This document shows positions 27,324 through 40,129 of a stretch of 62,699 nucleotides of DNA, in pieces. The notes below the pieces were generated by a model. That model searched no databases and was not told where the DNA came from. It saw only the letters and a list, made by a program, of their open reading frames with translations. The stretch lies in NCBI GenBank assembly GCA_002633005.1, contig NMRA01000618.1, forward strand, positions 54,420-117,118, in the 5' to 3' direction. The number at the start of each line of letters is the position of its first letter. Positions within the stretch are counted from its first letter, which is position 1. Position numbers and translations under genes: made by a program. Source of the stretch: Phoronis australis. Lineage: Eukaryota > Animalia > Phoronida.

Positions 27324-29923
27324 TAATAATTATTTTTCAACGGTTTGCTCTGTTGGAATACTTTAGATCGATGTTATCAAAATTATCAGGAGATTGTGAA
27401 CAATGAATTAAGATAATATAAGAGCTCTAATCATTTTGCTTACGATACTTGAAGCAACCAATGAACTCTGTTGAGGCCAAGGTGTTATCAAGTGTAATAA
27501 GAGCATTAAATTGCAGTATTTAAAAATCAAAACAACAGATGGTGTTCGTGGCACACCGCTGTCAAACTGCAGGCTCTCTTTATACAAAACGCCTTGTCCG
27601 AAAATTAAGTAACAAGGTGAATGCCAAAATTCATCACTTTCAAATCTTCAGAATCACGAAAATTCAATTTCGTATTGAATTTTGATGTCCGAAATTAGAG
27701 AGTGTCCCATAGTGGAGATTGTATGGCGTAGTTGTTCACTTGCATTTTTAGACACATTTATTTTTGATGTCCTGTTCTCATTGGTACGACTTTTTTCCTG
27801 AGTTCTAGTTTTTCATACATTTGAGGTACAATTTTGATCATTAAAGGCTATTTGAAGTCAACATGACCTTTCAGATGACTGAATCTGTAAACTCAAAGAG
27901 TTGAAATTCAAGCACCTAATTAAAATTTTGTTATTGGTTGGCTGCTAAGATAATTCCTTAGTTTCCATTTCCTATTTGTGTGATAACAACTTATTCCCGG
28001 GGGGGGGGTTCTGTTCGATGTAATGGGTGAAGGGTGCAGCTGCAAACACATTCAGAACAACACAACACATATGCGCATCTAGGAGAACATGTACCTGAGG
28101 TTATACCAAATGTTTAAACTCTCCTAATCCACCCAGACGAGACTGGGAAACCAAAGTACCCACTATCCTTGGGTGGTCTTAGCATCTCTCCCCTTAGTTA
28201 GCCTTACCACCCCCACACATACGAGGGCCCACCCCCGGGAGTTCATACCAGGTGTGATATGCATTCTGGTCCAAAATGGTTTAATCTGCCTTGGTTTCAA
28301 ATACATTCTGACACTCCCCGCCTTTGTTATGTGATCAAAAGCTTTTAGAATGCTTGACATAATCCTTGGAAATGGTTCACATTATGCTTGGCTACAAATA
28401 GAGAAATGCTTAGTACTGTTTTTGTTTTTCTTGAGATGACAACGAGTTTTTCTTTCATCAGGCTGATTGAAAGTGTTCATTAAACGCTTCCAAATCAGGC
28501 CGCGTGTTTTTTCTCTTTGCTAGAAGCTGTTCAATTTCTTATTAATGGCCTGTCACAAAGATGTTGCGGAAATTACTGATCGGCTTAAGTGTCTTGTCTG
28601 TGATTGATTTGTAATCAACTAACACATTTATAGTACATTTTATTTTACTACTTTTCACTAGCAGTTGCTGTCATGCATCGTATGGATTATCTGGCATTAT
28701 AAACTAATGAATGGATGTCTTGAATGAACGGATATGTGAAACAAATGAATAAATACAGACTAGTAGTATTAGTGGATCATAACATTTTAATTTCTGATTT
28801 CCAAATTGAAACATAAGTTTAAATAATAGCAAAATAAACTAAAAGAAGACTGCCTTCATACTATTTTGTATCCCCTCCCCCCACTGTGTCAGGTCATGCG
28901 GTGACAACTTCACTTTTTGCTTTTCATTGTTGAAGCATTCTCATTTTGAAAAAAAACATCTCGTCATGTTATGGATGAAATGTTGTTGTGCCCATTCGTT
29001 CATGTACAATCAGTCTTGTTCATGTGAAGGGAAGCAAACTTATTGTTAGTTTATGCCTCATGTGACTTTGTATCATGTTGGTCTTGAAGCCTTCCTGTTC
29101 ATTTATTACAATCGCATTAGGCTTTCTTTGAATAATAACGTCATCCATTAGCAAAATCAATTTTGAAAAATGATGTCAATTTCCTGAATGTAAACAGTGG
29201 AAAATGTCACCATACTAGATAAGTAAACTTGTTGGCCACTTTAAGAAGCTGATTTCAATTCTAATTAGAAGGACAAAAGGCATACAGTAGCAATTTCCTG
29301 ATTTCGGTAGCAAAACAGTTTGTGTTTTTCCATCCATGAAAGCGTGGACTGCTGTGAATTTGAGAGATACGACAATGTTCAGTTTGAAGGTACATAAAAT
29401 TACAGTCAAACCATGTTACAGCGACCCACAAGGACTTGTTTGAAATGTTAGTTGTACTCAATGTTCACTGTAACCAAAGCAACTTGTATGCAGTTGGCTT
29501 GATTTTTGACTCATGGAATGGAACGTTATGAAAATATAAACCAGGGCTCTGCTTCATGAAACTATCTTTGTCTTGCAACTTAAACCAAAACAGTAATCCC
29601 GTCACATGTCAATTCAGTCATTCCATCACTTGTCATGTTGCACTTGTCGAATAATGCTGTTGATGTCATGCCAACAATCACGCTTGAAACGGAGCCTGAG
29701 GTTTGGTATAATATGGTTGGACTGTATTTGTGATAGACCATTTTGGGGTTTCCCAGCTGAGCAGGCAAGTGTTACTTAATCACCATCTTATTGAATAACC
29801 TTGTTTGAAGCTAGTAGCTTTCCACATCGGAAACCGGCGTGAGATCTGTTGTACAGTCACTTGTTGGCACTGTGATGCCAACGGAATTGGGACAGCAATT
29901 CATGAGATTGGGTCTACTTTCAG

Positions 29924-30071
29924 CACCCTGCTAACGTCCATGTTTGACAAGTTATATCAGAGTCTTGCTAACCTGATCAAGTGGGCAGACAGTATCCTTA
30001 TCAATGGTGCTTCTTCTCTGGACCCCAAGAGCGCACACGAGACCATCACTGCCGTCGATGAAGTGATGAAG
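29924..30071 (+). CDS. RAPGEF1: RAPGEF1/C3G exon
   Basis: tttcag|C...AAG|gtatac. Encodes LYQSLANLIKWADSILING (C3G: YQSLANLIRWSD). Confidence 0.93.
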
Positions 30072-30784
30072 GTATACCTGTACTGAATATGACAACCTTC
30101 CTAAACATGAAATATCACGCATCACAACTCGAGCTGTTTGTAAATATTTTTTCACAAGCATTTTGAAAGTCTTGACGCATTAAAAAGTATTTTGCATATA
30201 TGCAAATTTATCAAAACGAGTTTTAGTTTAACGTATGCACAGTATTTTTAGGTGTTGTTCCACGCTCCCTGTGGAAGTCGTGGCAAATTGCGTCTTGCAA
30301 ATAAACATATGGCGCCAAGTACTCTGTGTTTCTCAGTAAATTAGGACTTAATTCTTCAAAAATGCGACAGAGGTTCAATTAAACTGCCAAGTAATTTTGA
30401 AAGCTTAATTAAATGTAGCGTACAACACAAACAGTATTTCTTTCACATAAGCCTATTCATTTGTTGACCGATACATCACATGGAAAAATTTCCTCTTTTT
30501 TGTTATCGGTCATTCCAAGCCCTGCTACTGTTTATAAGCCAGTAAGTGAATGTATGGAAAATTAAGCCAGCCTAATCACACATCTTGTTTCACAGCAATA
30601 TGAGAGCTGTTTTCCACAAACTGTTGCAAGATGTAAGGTCGCACTTGCTGCACTTCGTACAAAAATGTTCACTTGTTGAACGGAAAGAGTGAGGTCAATC
30701 CCATCGTTCAACACTCCAAACTCACCAACCATCGACCCCCATTTTGCTTGTTTGTTTTTTGCTTATCTTCTTGTATTCGTACAG

Positions 30785-30900
30785 GACATCCTTCAACTGG
30801 CCGCTGACAAACTTCAGAACAAGGGCTTCCTTACGCTGCCACGCAAGTCGTCCCGTTCCCCTTCTGTTAAGAATGTGTCGCCTTCTACAGGTCAAGACAG
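30785..30900 (+). CDS. RAPGEF1: RAPGEF1/C3G exon
   Basis: gtacag|GAC...AG|gtactg. Encodes DILQLAADKLQNKG...; phase 0 to 2 fits its neighbours. Confidence 0.85.
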
Positions 30901-31789
30901 GTACTGAATACACCCGTACACATTTCGGTTATTTTGACACCGTCTTTTGGACTTGCTGAATAAATGAGAGTCGGTGCATTAGACCAAGCCCAGCACCTTG
31001 ACAAGCCAACTTATTGAGCCAAGCTCTCAAGCACTGATGTTTTGTCAGTTCTTATCAAGTCCAGGGGTTACCTCTAATCCAAATACGGGTACTAGTTGTG
31101 CCTAGTTTTATAGTGCTAAGTGCCCTAAGCCAAAAAATTTTTTTTGGTAGATGGTGGATTTTTAGCCGCTTTTAAGGTACCATGGACATTTTTGTTGGAG
31201 GTACCGAGACAATTATTTGATTGTCGAAACATTGCTACCTTGATATATTTAGAAAATACAGTGCTTGGCTCATTAGTTGCCTTTCTTTTTGGGGTTAAAA
31301 TGATGATTAAAGCCTCCATCAAAGAATGTCTCTGTCGTGGATAAGATAAAAAGGAGATAGACTTTCACAAACTAAATGGTATTATTTGTGCCATTGCATT
31401 ATTCTTAGCCCAGTTTCTCTCTGTTGTCAACATCTGGTCAGTACAACACGCTGTTGTCCACCTCTCATTTGTCATCGTAGCTCCCCCCCACCACACACAC
31501 ACAAGTCCATGGTTTTATTTACCATCTTGACTATGCATGCATTCCCCATGGAAGTGGGCAAGAGAGTGAGAGCAGTTTAGGCCTATATTTTCTGAAGCGT
31601 GTCAACAAGATTGTCAGAATATGGCTATTACACCATTCCCAAAATATTCAACATCATCACAAACTCCCGTGCTTCATAAGAATCACATGTGCTCAATTTT
31701 GGAGCGCATTTGAAATTAACAGTTATTCGGTAATTTGCATGGTGTGGTTATTGCTGACCCTCTAATCAACCTCTGATTGGTTATTGCAG

Positions 31790-31969
31790 CCCTCAGCGTA
31801 CATCTCTCCCTGACATTCCTCTCACACCGCGCGAGAAGGAGATTCTACAACAGACGAGCCTAAAGGTTGATCCAACAGGGGCAGATAACAACAACACTGT
31901 AATCACCAATGGGGAGCCACCCCCGAAGCCTCCACTGCCGTCAGAAAGAGTTCCTGTTATATTAAGCCA
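31790..31969 (+). CDS. RAPGEF1: RAPGEF1/C3G exon (first Pro-rich motif)
   Basis: ttgcag|C...CA|gtgagt. Encodes LPDIPLTPREKEIL and PPPKPPLP (C3G: LPLTDREVEIL, PPKPPLP). Confidence 0.92.
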
Positions 31970-32476
31970 GTGAGTCAGGTCATACCTAAAAGAAGCCATT
32001 TTTATTCGTTCACATAATATACATGCTATTTACGTGGCTGCGTATTGCCTTCAACGTTAGACGTCTGTCATCCCCTGCTGTTTCTCCTAAACCCAGCAGG
32101 ATCTTGATGCGATTTGGCAGATGTCTTCCTGTGAAGCTGACAATTGACCACGAATTTTGTAACACATCAACTACTGCTCTGGCCCCTAGTGGCAATTTTG
32201 TTTTTTATATGTTTGCTTCTTTTGTCTTGAGAGTTCCTCGATGGATTATCATAGCATTTTGCAAATAAGTTTTTATTAAGGAGACAACCCCTTCCCATTT
32301 TTGGACAGTTCTGACATATCCTATGCCACCTATTTTTGTGGTTTTTTTTTGGTTTTTGAATTTGTTGTGCCTTCAAAGGAAAACGGTCATCAACGTTATG
32401 TCTCAGTGTTCTTTTCTTGAAATGTTACCTTAGTTCAAAGTTGAACATTGCCTGATTGATGTTCCTTTGTTTCCAG

Positions 32477-33570
32477 CCACAACTCGCCAACAGATGGTGA
32501 CGAGCCCCCACCTCTACCTGTCAAGAGACGATCCTCAGCTACAGACTCGCTCACAGGTGGCAGCACTCCTGCTAGTGCCAATCAATCGCCACAGCACGTT
32601 CTCTACAATGTGGTCAATATAGACACTGGACTACTTAATGCAAATACGTCACAATCTCCGCTCAATTTAAGTCCAACAAAGTCCTTGACAGACAGTGAAA
32701 CATCTAGTCTGTTGGGTTCTGGGGATGTATTTGACAATGATGGGCCTGTAGTTGTTAGGAAATCGCGAACTGTCAAGTACAACCTGTCACCTGGTTATGA
32801 TAATGTAGACGTGGCCTCGCCCTTCAGTGATCTTAATGACTTGACGCTGAAAATCAGCCAGTTGACGTCTAGTATAGATGGTCAAGTAGCGCCACCTATA
32901 CCGCAGAAGCAGCGGGAACGGGCGGGCTCAAATTACGACAATCTCACGGAAATGACTGAAAAGAAGGTCGTTCAGATCTCTGGTACTGGTCAACGATCGA
33001 CGCAAATAAAGACTTCAGGGTCAGGTAGCAATCTGATTGCCAGCACAGTGCACGAGTCATCTACAATGCACAAGTCGTCGTCATTCACCCAGTCAATGTC
33101 GTTCAGAGAGGGCGCCACGTCCAGCCAACAGTGGTCACAGTCCTCGTCAAGCTCAAGACAGTTCCAACAAACGTTTGGAACCGGCACCAACGGTGGCTTC
33201 AACACGGACACTTTCAGTGCATTTGGAAACAATGTGTTCCCCTCTCAGTTTCCACCCTTCCAGAATCCCAACAACATTTTTCCCGAAGGTACCAACATGG
33301 CTCCCGGTGGCACGTTGAAGTTCTCGGCTGTCGGGGGCAACCAACGGTTCGGCCAGGTGTCTGGAACAGGGCCGGACAACTCGCAGTTTCAGGCCAGTAT
33401 GGGCCAGAAGACACAGTTCAGACAGAATGCTCTGAAACAACAGATTGGTACTAACAGTCACCTGAGCTCTCATGAGTCGTTCTCCAGCACAGAGACATTC
33501 TCATCACTGTCGACTACTAGCATGGAAAGCCTCCAGAGGCCGCCACCGCTTCCGCCCAAGAAGAAGCATG
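32477..33570 (+). CDS. RAPGEF1: RAPGEF1/C3G large exon (central SH3-binding, low-complexity region)
   Basis: ttccag|C...CATG|gtaagt, 1094 nt open. Encodes PPPLPVKRR, PPIPQKQR, PPPLPPKKK and two YDN motifs. Confidence 0.93.
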
Positions 33571-35340
33571 GTAAGTATTAGAGGAACGGAACACAGCAGT
33601 ACACTTAGTATTGGTAGTTCTTAAACAAATCTCATCGACGACTTTCGTTGAATTTCATAGCGCCTCGTTAAAACCAGAACAAGATCAGATGAGAAACAAC
33701 AAGTCATTTGAAAATTGGTGGAATTTTTTTCTTTGGAAAAAATCTTGGTTTTCGACAAGAAGATGTATCATCTATTTTTATAAGACTTCCCTGTTTATTG
33801 GTAGCAGTTCTTAGAGACCTTTTTTATAAAAATTTGACCATACAATCTTCAGTTCAACTCGTCCCAGTTGGCTGAGTATAGCCGTGTGGCCTGGCTTAAA
33901 TCCACAGATTAACTTCATTGTTCCTGAATTGGTACACGGATGTCGACAAAACGTTTTACTGTTGTCCATTTCTGTGATCAGACAATTACTCCATGGACTG
34001 AATCCAGATCTCGGGGCGTTCTTAAACCTGTGAAATGCACTAAAGACTATACAGAACTCATCATGTCAAATTTTAATGAGCAAAAGTTGTAAATATGTAT
34101 ACACCCTGTTATTGCTCTGTGGAAAGGAGTGACATAAAGTATGCAAAAGTTCACTTTCAATCAGTAAATTCGACAATTTTTCTTGGAGAAGCAAGTTTAC
34201 TACCAGCAGTTAGTTTCCTGAAAAGTGACATCTTAAGAGCACGTCCACGAATGGACCAGGCAAAAAGTGATAAAGGCTATGTCACGGATTTCCTTGATTG
34301 TTTGCATGGTGGTAGGGGTTGATGCCCCAACCTTCATACCAACATTAATGTTTTTTGCGTGCGCCACCTTGTGGTTGCTATGGGAACGTGTTGTTTTTCT
34401 GCCAATTCCAAGCCTCGTTACAGCTACATTTTGGCACTTTTTGCGAACTTACCTTGCGAACAATAGTGCAAAATGAAACACTTCAAGTTTATCACTGAAT
34501 TGGGGTGTCTTTCAACTTGCCAGTCATAGAAAATGTCACGGTTTCAGTTGCATCTTAGCCGTTTTTGAGGGCTACCAGTTTAGCTAGTTTGTGGTGATTC
34601 CAAAATGCTGAAAATTGCCCTGTTTCCTGCCTCAATATCTCAGCTGAAGCCAAATTTAAAACAACAAAACTACAACCAGTGTTTAGATTGATCTTAGCTC
34701 TACAAAATAAAACCATAAAAAGTCTAGGCAATTACCCTTCTTCATACCGCATCGGGCTCTAGAAGTAGGGCACCTCACCAAAATTGTGCAACTGGCCAAT
34801 GTTTGCATAGTAACAAATGTATGCGAAGATTCAAAATACAGATTTGAAATCTTAAAATAGGCGATCGAACATATCAAGAAAGCTTTAATTTTTTTACTTT
34901 ACAGAAAAGAATGAGTAGCACAATAAGGCACGTTGGTTTCCTTTGACCCTGACGATAACGCTGCCAATAGCATGTGCATATACTCACCCTTTCAAAATGC
35001 ATTATGGTTGAGTAAAAAATCTATAAAGTAAGTCTTCAGTTTTACATAACTGCGAACTCGAATTCTGAAAATTTAGTGTGTGGGTCTGATTGAAATTTAG
35101 TTTTCTATTGTTCTCGAAGTCGGTTGATCGTGTCCCGACGCATCTCAATTCAACTAATTTTATAAAAAACAATAATAGGTGTATTGGGCCGGAAGGAGAC
35201 AACTGCATCTCCATACAGTGTATATCACCAAACCCGAACAAATCAGACAGCAAAGTAGTTAGTCATAAAAAAGAGATATATTGAAATGGNTGAGCCAGGA
35301 GTCCTAGTGGCTTGGCACTATGTCAATGTAGAAAAAAATA

Positions 35341-35493
35341 TAATATTTGCAGGCGGTCTGGTAGGCGTTGTACCAGACGTTAACAGGCTGTGCATGTGGG
35401 CCCATTGCACTGATCATATGGAACCATTTCTATGCTTTATTAATATATAGTAAGAACTGGGCTGAATCGCTAGAAACCTGACTCAAGGGTCTA
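35341..35493 (-). repeat. Dispersed repeat, inverted partner of 27169-27323
   Basis: CGTTGTACCAGACG ... CATGTGGGCCCATTGCACTGATCA ... TATGCTTTATTAA. Confidence 0.8.
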
Positions 35494-36132
35494 GCTCAAA
35501 CTCACAACCTCGGGTAAAGAAAGACAGCACCTATCAGGCCTCACTGTCTTCTTGTGTAGGACCTGCATTGTAATTGTAATTGCAACAAAATGTTTTTCTT
35601 GTTGCCAAATACTGTGATGTCAACTGTAGCAAAGCTGGGCAGAGTTTGGACAGAGTACTATAATTAGAGTCTCCAGAGTTTGTAGAACTTTATGTTCATT
35701 TTTTTAATGTGTAAAAAATTTATTCTGGAGTTATAAAACATTCATAAATATATTCACACAAGGTAAACCAGTTAATTGTGTATTTTATCTCAAAACTGTA
35801 AATGAAGAGTTGGAACTCGTCTGCGATCGAAATTTTTAGATTCACAGGCTTTGTAAAAAATGAACTTTTCCCAACATTTAGTAATTTTCAAAAGTATCTG
35901 TGTTTTCAGGTGCTCTATACGCGAGAGACTTCGAACTCCACCAATAAAATTAATGTGATTATTCCAGAGAATTAGTACTAAATTTGAGACATTAGGTCCT
36001 AAATGTTTTCCAAATGTAATGTCAGGCAGAGAAGAATTCAAATAGATTTGCCTATTGGACCAATAAGCATGTTTCCCCGTCCTGTTTTGAAGTATGCTAA
36101 ATTGCTCTTGACATGTACTGTTACGTTTGTAG

Positions 36133-36383
36133 TGGAGGCATACATGGAGATGTTTGGTAACTACAAGGGAGGTAACTACGACTTTGCTCGTCACTCCATC
36201 CACTCAATGAACTACTTTGAAGAACAGTGGTATCAGCACCAGATGGAGCTGTTCCACCCACGCTCGCACACTGTTAGCGTCATGTCCACCCTATCCTCGG
36301 ACAACTCCGATGTCTTATCCATTGGCTCTAATGACGACCCGTTTGCATCCATTGCTCCAGTGCTGCCACCTAAGAGGAAGTCT
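36133..36383 (+). CDS. RAPGEF1: RAPGEF1/C3G exon
   Basis: ttgtag|TG...TCT|gtaagt. Encodes VEAYMEMFGNY (C3G: LAYMQLLEDY) and PVLPPKRK. Confidence 0.92.
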
Positions 36384-37036
36384 GTAAGTTATGGGTTTGT
36401 CTTCAGAAATGGCTTCAGGTGGCAAATGTGGGTTTTGTAAATTCCATTTGAATCAATTTAGCTACTTGTTTTAGGGGGTTGTCTGCAGTGGTTGTGACGT
36501 ATAGCACTCGTGACCGGGTATAATTGTGGAGTTCAGCTGTTTAGTGACTTTGGTCCTATATGGAAGTATGTTAAATTTGTTGCTGGCAAGTTTCATTTCC
36601 AAATTGGATTTTACTTGCACACAATATTTATCGGAGAAATTGGTTGTTGGCGAATTTTAGTTTGTCGTTGAGTCTGAGAGGAGTGAGCAGTTCATAGGTG
36701 GCGGAAATCTTGTGGGGTGTGTTCATTTTCTAATTATTTTGATTTTAATGCACGATTAATGACTGGTTGTCAAATATCAGTCTTCAAGTCAGTACTCAGT
36801 TAACATTACAATGCATTCAATAAAGAATCAAGCACAGAGGTTTGGTGATGGTCACGGATGGGAGTTCCGCATCTCAAGAACTAGTTTTCTCCACATAATA
36901 ACGGGCATCAGATTGGTTCTCAAAATCTGGTAGCCCTGTGAGTTACATCTGCAGAGTGAGCGATGAACTTGTTCGATGACGGCATTGCTGTTCTTTTGTT
37001 CACTGTGTTCTGCATGTGTCTGTGCTCCCTCTTTAG

Positions 37037-37143
37037 GCTATCGTAGCGCCACCTTCCACGTCTAGTAGTGAGCCCGGCGAGGATGAAGGTCCTGAACGCA
37101 GCGCCAGTATGGTCGTACAGCCTTCCTCACCTCTAGTCGAGGA
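37037..37143 (+). CDS. RAPGEF1: RAPGEF1/C3G exon
   Basis: ctttag|GCT...GA|gtgagt. Encodes AIVAPPSTSSSEPGEDEGPERS; phase 0 to 2 is required to link its neighbours. Confidence 0.8.
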
Positions 37144-37265
37144 GTGAGTATCATTGAAAAGCACGCTTTTACTGTGGAACATCTAGAGATTTTGTATATT
37201 GTTAATTTCATTGAGGGCTCTCTTGTGTCTACCCTAATTCTTTGAACAGCAAAAATAATAATGAT

Positions 37266-37318
37266 AATAAGTATTATTGTGGTAATAAGTATTATTGTGG
37301 TAATAAGTATTATTGTGG
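37266..37318. repeat. 18-bp tandem repeat x3 (AATAAGTATTATTGTGGT)
   Basis: Visible directly. Confidence 0.85.
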
Positions 37319-37677
37319 AAAATTCTAATTGCAGAATGGCAGACTAACTTTCTTGTAAATTCTCTTCATTCGTTACTAGAGAAAATTACACTGAAGTTGA
37401 ACTCAGCTTTTGCACAGCCGTTATGACTGGGAATTGTGGATCATCTTGGCATGCACTGTACATATTCACTTGTGTCTGGGATAAACTTGACTATTGGCTG
37501 CTTGAAATACTGTTAAAGTGAAGTGATCGCTTCTGGTCGTATGGCCATGTCTGCTGACATTGCAGCTTTGAATAACTGCTATCCCACAATCCTTTGTGAA
37601 TATGACATGTCACACTGCCTGCTGAATGGTCAATGGAATCATTTGTTTAAACACATTCCTCGCCTCCCTAATTCCAG

Positions 37678-37840
37678 TAAACAGAGTGAACCCATGCGTC
37701 ACTCGCTTCCTGTCAAGATGTCCATCAAACAACAGAAGGCAAAATCCAGCTCCCTGGAGAAGGATGTCGACTCGGACTTCTCGGAGCTGAATACGCTGGA
37801 TGACGTGGATGTGTCAGATCAACTGGTCAGGAAAAAACAA
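37678..37840 (+). CDS. RAPGEF1: RAPGEF1/C3G exon
   Basis: ttccag|T...CAA|gtatgt. Encodes ...LDDVDVSDQLVRKKQ, preceding the REM domain. Confidence 0.87.
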
Positions 37841-38387
37841 GTATGTGTTTGTTTTCCGTTCGCTTAGTGTTAGGAAATGTCTTTTGGCAAATTAAGAATT
37901 GATGCTTTCCATTGGAGCTGTGGTGGCTGGTTTAGCATTCGTGACGAATTGTTTTCTGTATCTTTGGTAAAGAAATTGTGATATTAAGGCCGTGATTCAT
38001 TTTTATGCAAGACACGTCTGAGTGAAAATTCATTTGCGGAGAACAGCTTATTATTTTATATGACTTATTCTTATTAAAATGACATCAGCAAAAATTAAAT
38101 TTTGAAATTTAGAAGTGGAGCCACCACTATTGATTTAGAGGGCCCTGCTCAAAGACCACCAAGCAAAAGGGCCCCCTTTCTTAATAAGAGACATATCTTT
38201 TCGTCTATTTGACAGTAAACCACTGAATGCAGATGTTGGTACAGTGTTAAGATACCACAACATTTGTGTACATGCATTGTTATAGTTATCACTAGTAGTC
38301 GCTGTGTTTCCAACATTGTTGTCAGTTCCATCATTTTTTTAACTAGTTATCACCATGCCAAAACACGCTGCGTTGACTCAATTGCAG

Positions 38388-38463
38388 GGGGAAGATGGAC
38401 CTGACATCAGAGGTGGAACAGTTGATGCTCTAATAGTACACGCGACCCACGTCAGCAAGCATG
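38388..38463 (+). CDS. RAPGEF1: RAPGEF1/C3G exon (REM domain start)
   Basis: ttgcag|GGG...G|gtgagt. Encodes GEDGPDIRGGTVDALIVHAT. Confidence 0.95.
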
Positions 38464-38738
38464 GTGAGTACTGGCCAACACGATGGCTGTATGTATATAG
38501 TGTCTCTTACTATTTGGCCATTGCCAAATAATGTGTTGGGACTGGCATTGCTGACGCCATCTGTCACAATTCTGAGGTTGTATTAGTTCGGACATTTTCA
38601 TCAGTTTGGGTCATTGTGTCAATTTAGGCCTGCACAGTGCATGGGGCTCAGTTTATTTTTCTGTCAATATGTGTCACTTGTTTTCTTTTGCTGTGTGATA
38701 TGATAATATTGGTTGAATGTCATTTCTCTTATTCACAG

Positions 38739-38913
38739 ACTTTATGTACCAAGAAGCCTTCCTCACCACATATCGCACATTTATCAGCCCGGAGAACCTA
38801 ATTGGCAAGTTACTCTACCGTTACCGCAAGTTCTCTCGTATGATAGAAGATAATAAGAAAAGGCTATCTCGCAACGCATTCTCACTGCTGGTTAGGGTTA
38901 TAGACGAACTCTG
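38739..38913 (+). CDS. RAPGEF1: RAPGEF1/C3G exon (REM domain)
   Basis: tcacag|AC...TG|gtgagt. Encodes YQEAFLTTYRTFISPENLIGKLLYRY. Confidence 0.96.
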
Positions 38914-39481
38914 GTGAGTGGTGTATTTGTTACGCATTACAGACTCATATGTGTTAGATGATAGCGTGTTTTTAATGAATTAAATTACGTGCGAGTCTGT
39001 TGGTATTATGGCCTTAACCACTTCTGCTGCTCTCAAATGTGAATTTCTACCAAACCAGTCTAGGATGTTGTGGTTGTATTAAAGGTGCGGTACGGTTCAC
39101 GGATATTTTTGTCGGGAGGTAAGAAGGAAGTGACCCCCTCCCCAGCTGTCTTCCAGACATCTGGACGTCTGTAGTTGGCAAAGTATTCATGAACTGTCTG
39201 TTCTGTTACTGGACTAATTCTGCTATGTGACGCCTGCGTTAGCTGCAAATTGATTGCCAAACAAGTCAGGTCTTGTATGAAGAATTTCATATTTTTTAAC
39301 TCGGCAACAAAAAACTAATAGAATTCTGGTGTTTACTAAAGTATGTGAATTCTATTTGAATCTTTTTGGGTTTTTTTTTGTGTTTATGTTTTGAAGCAGG
39401 TCTTTTTACGTTAACTTTGTCCATTTCCATTCCAATCACAGAAAGTCGTGATCTCACGTTATCCCGTACAATCTCTTGCAG

Positions 39482-39737
39482 CGGTGGTGTGGATGACAAG
39501 GTACTAGAGCTATTGATGCAACAGGTGTTTGAACTTCTGTGTGACGGTGAGCTAATGTTAGCTCGTATACTGAGACGGAAGATCTTGGAGAAGTGCGAAG
39601 ACAAGACGAGCCCGTCAGAGGGGATGTTACCCACGCATACTCTCACAGCCAAGCCTCTAAGTCTGACGGACTTTAAGTCGCAGGAACTGGCCGAACAGAT
39701 GACGCTGCTGGACGCCGAGTTGTTCCAGAAGATTGAG
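39482..39737 (+). CDS. RAPGEF1: RAPGEF1/C3G exon (REM end and CDC25 start)
   Basis: ttgcag|C...GAG|gtcagt. Encodes DFKSQELAEQMTLLDAELFQKIE. Confidence 0.96.
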
Positions 39738-39889
39738 GTCAGTCACGTGCCGGTATTGTGAGAAGTACTCGCTCTGCTTAGGGTTGTGTAAGACCTTATG
39801 GACATGTATGTGTATTGAGTAAAATGTCTACAAACGTGCAGATTATCACTAAATAATCTCATAGGGTTGGTAGAGTACAAATTGACTGT

Positions 39890-40129
39890 TTCTTATTTTC
39901 ACAACCAGAAAAGCATAATACCTTGACAGTTTTGGCTCCTATCAGCAGCCATCTTCCAGTGGCTCAGTGATGAACAGGGACGATGGAGGGTATAAGTTGT
40001 CTAACATTAGGAGCAGGAACAGCCTGATCACCATGACACCTATTGTCCAATTATAACTTCGAAAGATGGCTGCTGATAGGAGCCGAAACTGTCACAGTAG
40101 TAATGCTTTTCTGGTTGTGAAAATAAGAA
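39890..40129. mobile_element. Intronic foldback MITE with ~66-bp inverted arms
   Basis: TTCTTATTTTCACAACCAGAAAAGCAT...GGCTCCTATCAGCAGCCATCTT pairs with AAGATGGCTGCTGATAGGAGCC...ATGCTTTTCTGGTTGTGAAAATAAGAA. Confidence 0.85.

Noticed and set aside
32990-33473. Several overlapping alternative-frame and antisense ORFs as overprinted genes
   Set aside because: Expected shadows of a GC-richer 1.1-kb coding exon; no motifs recognised.
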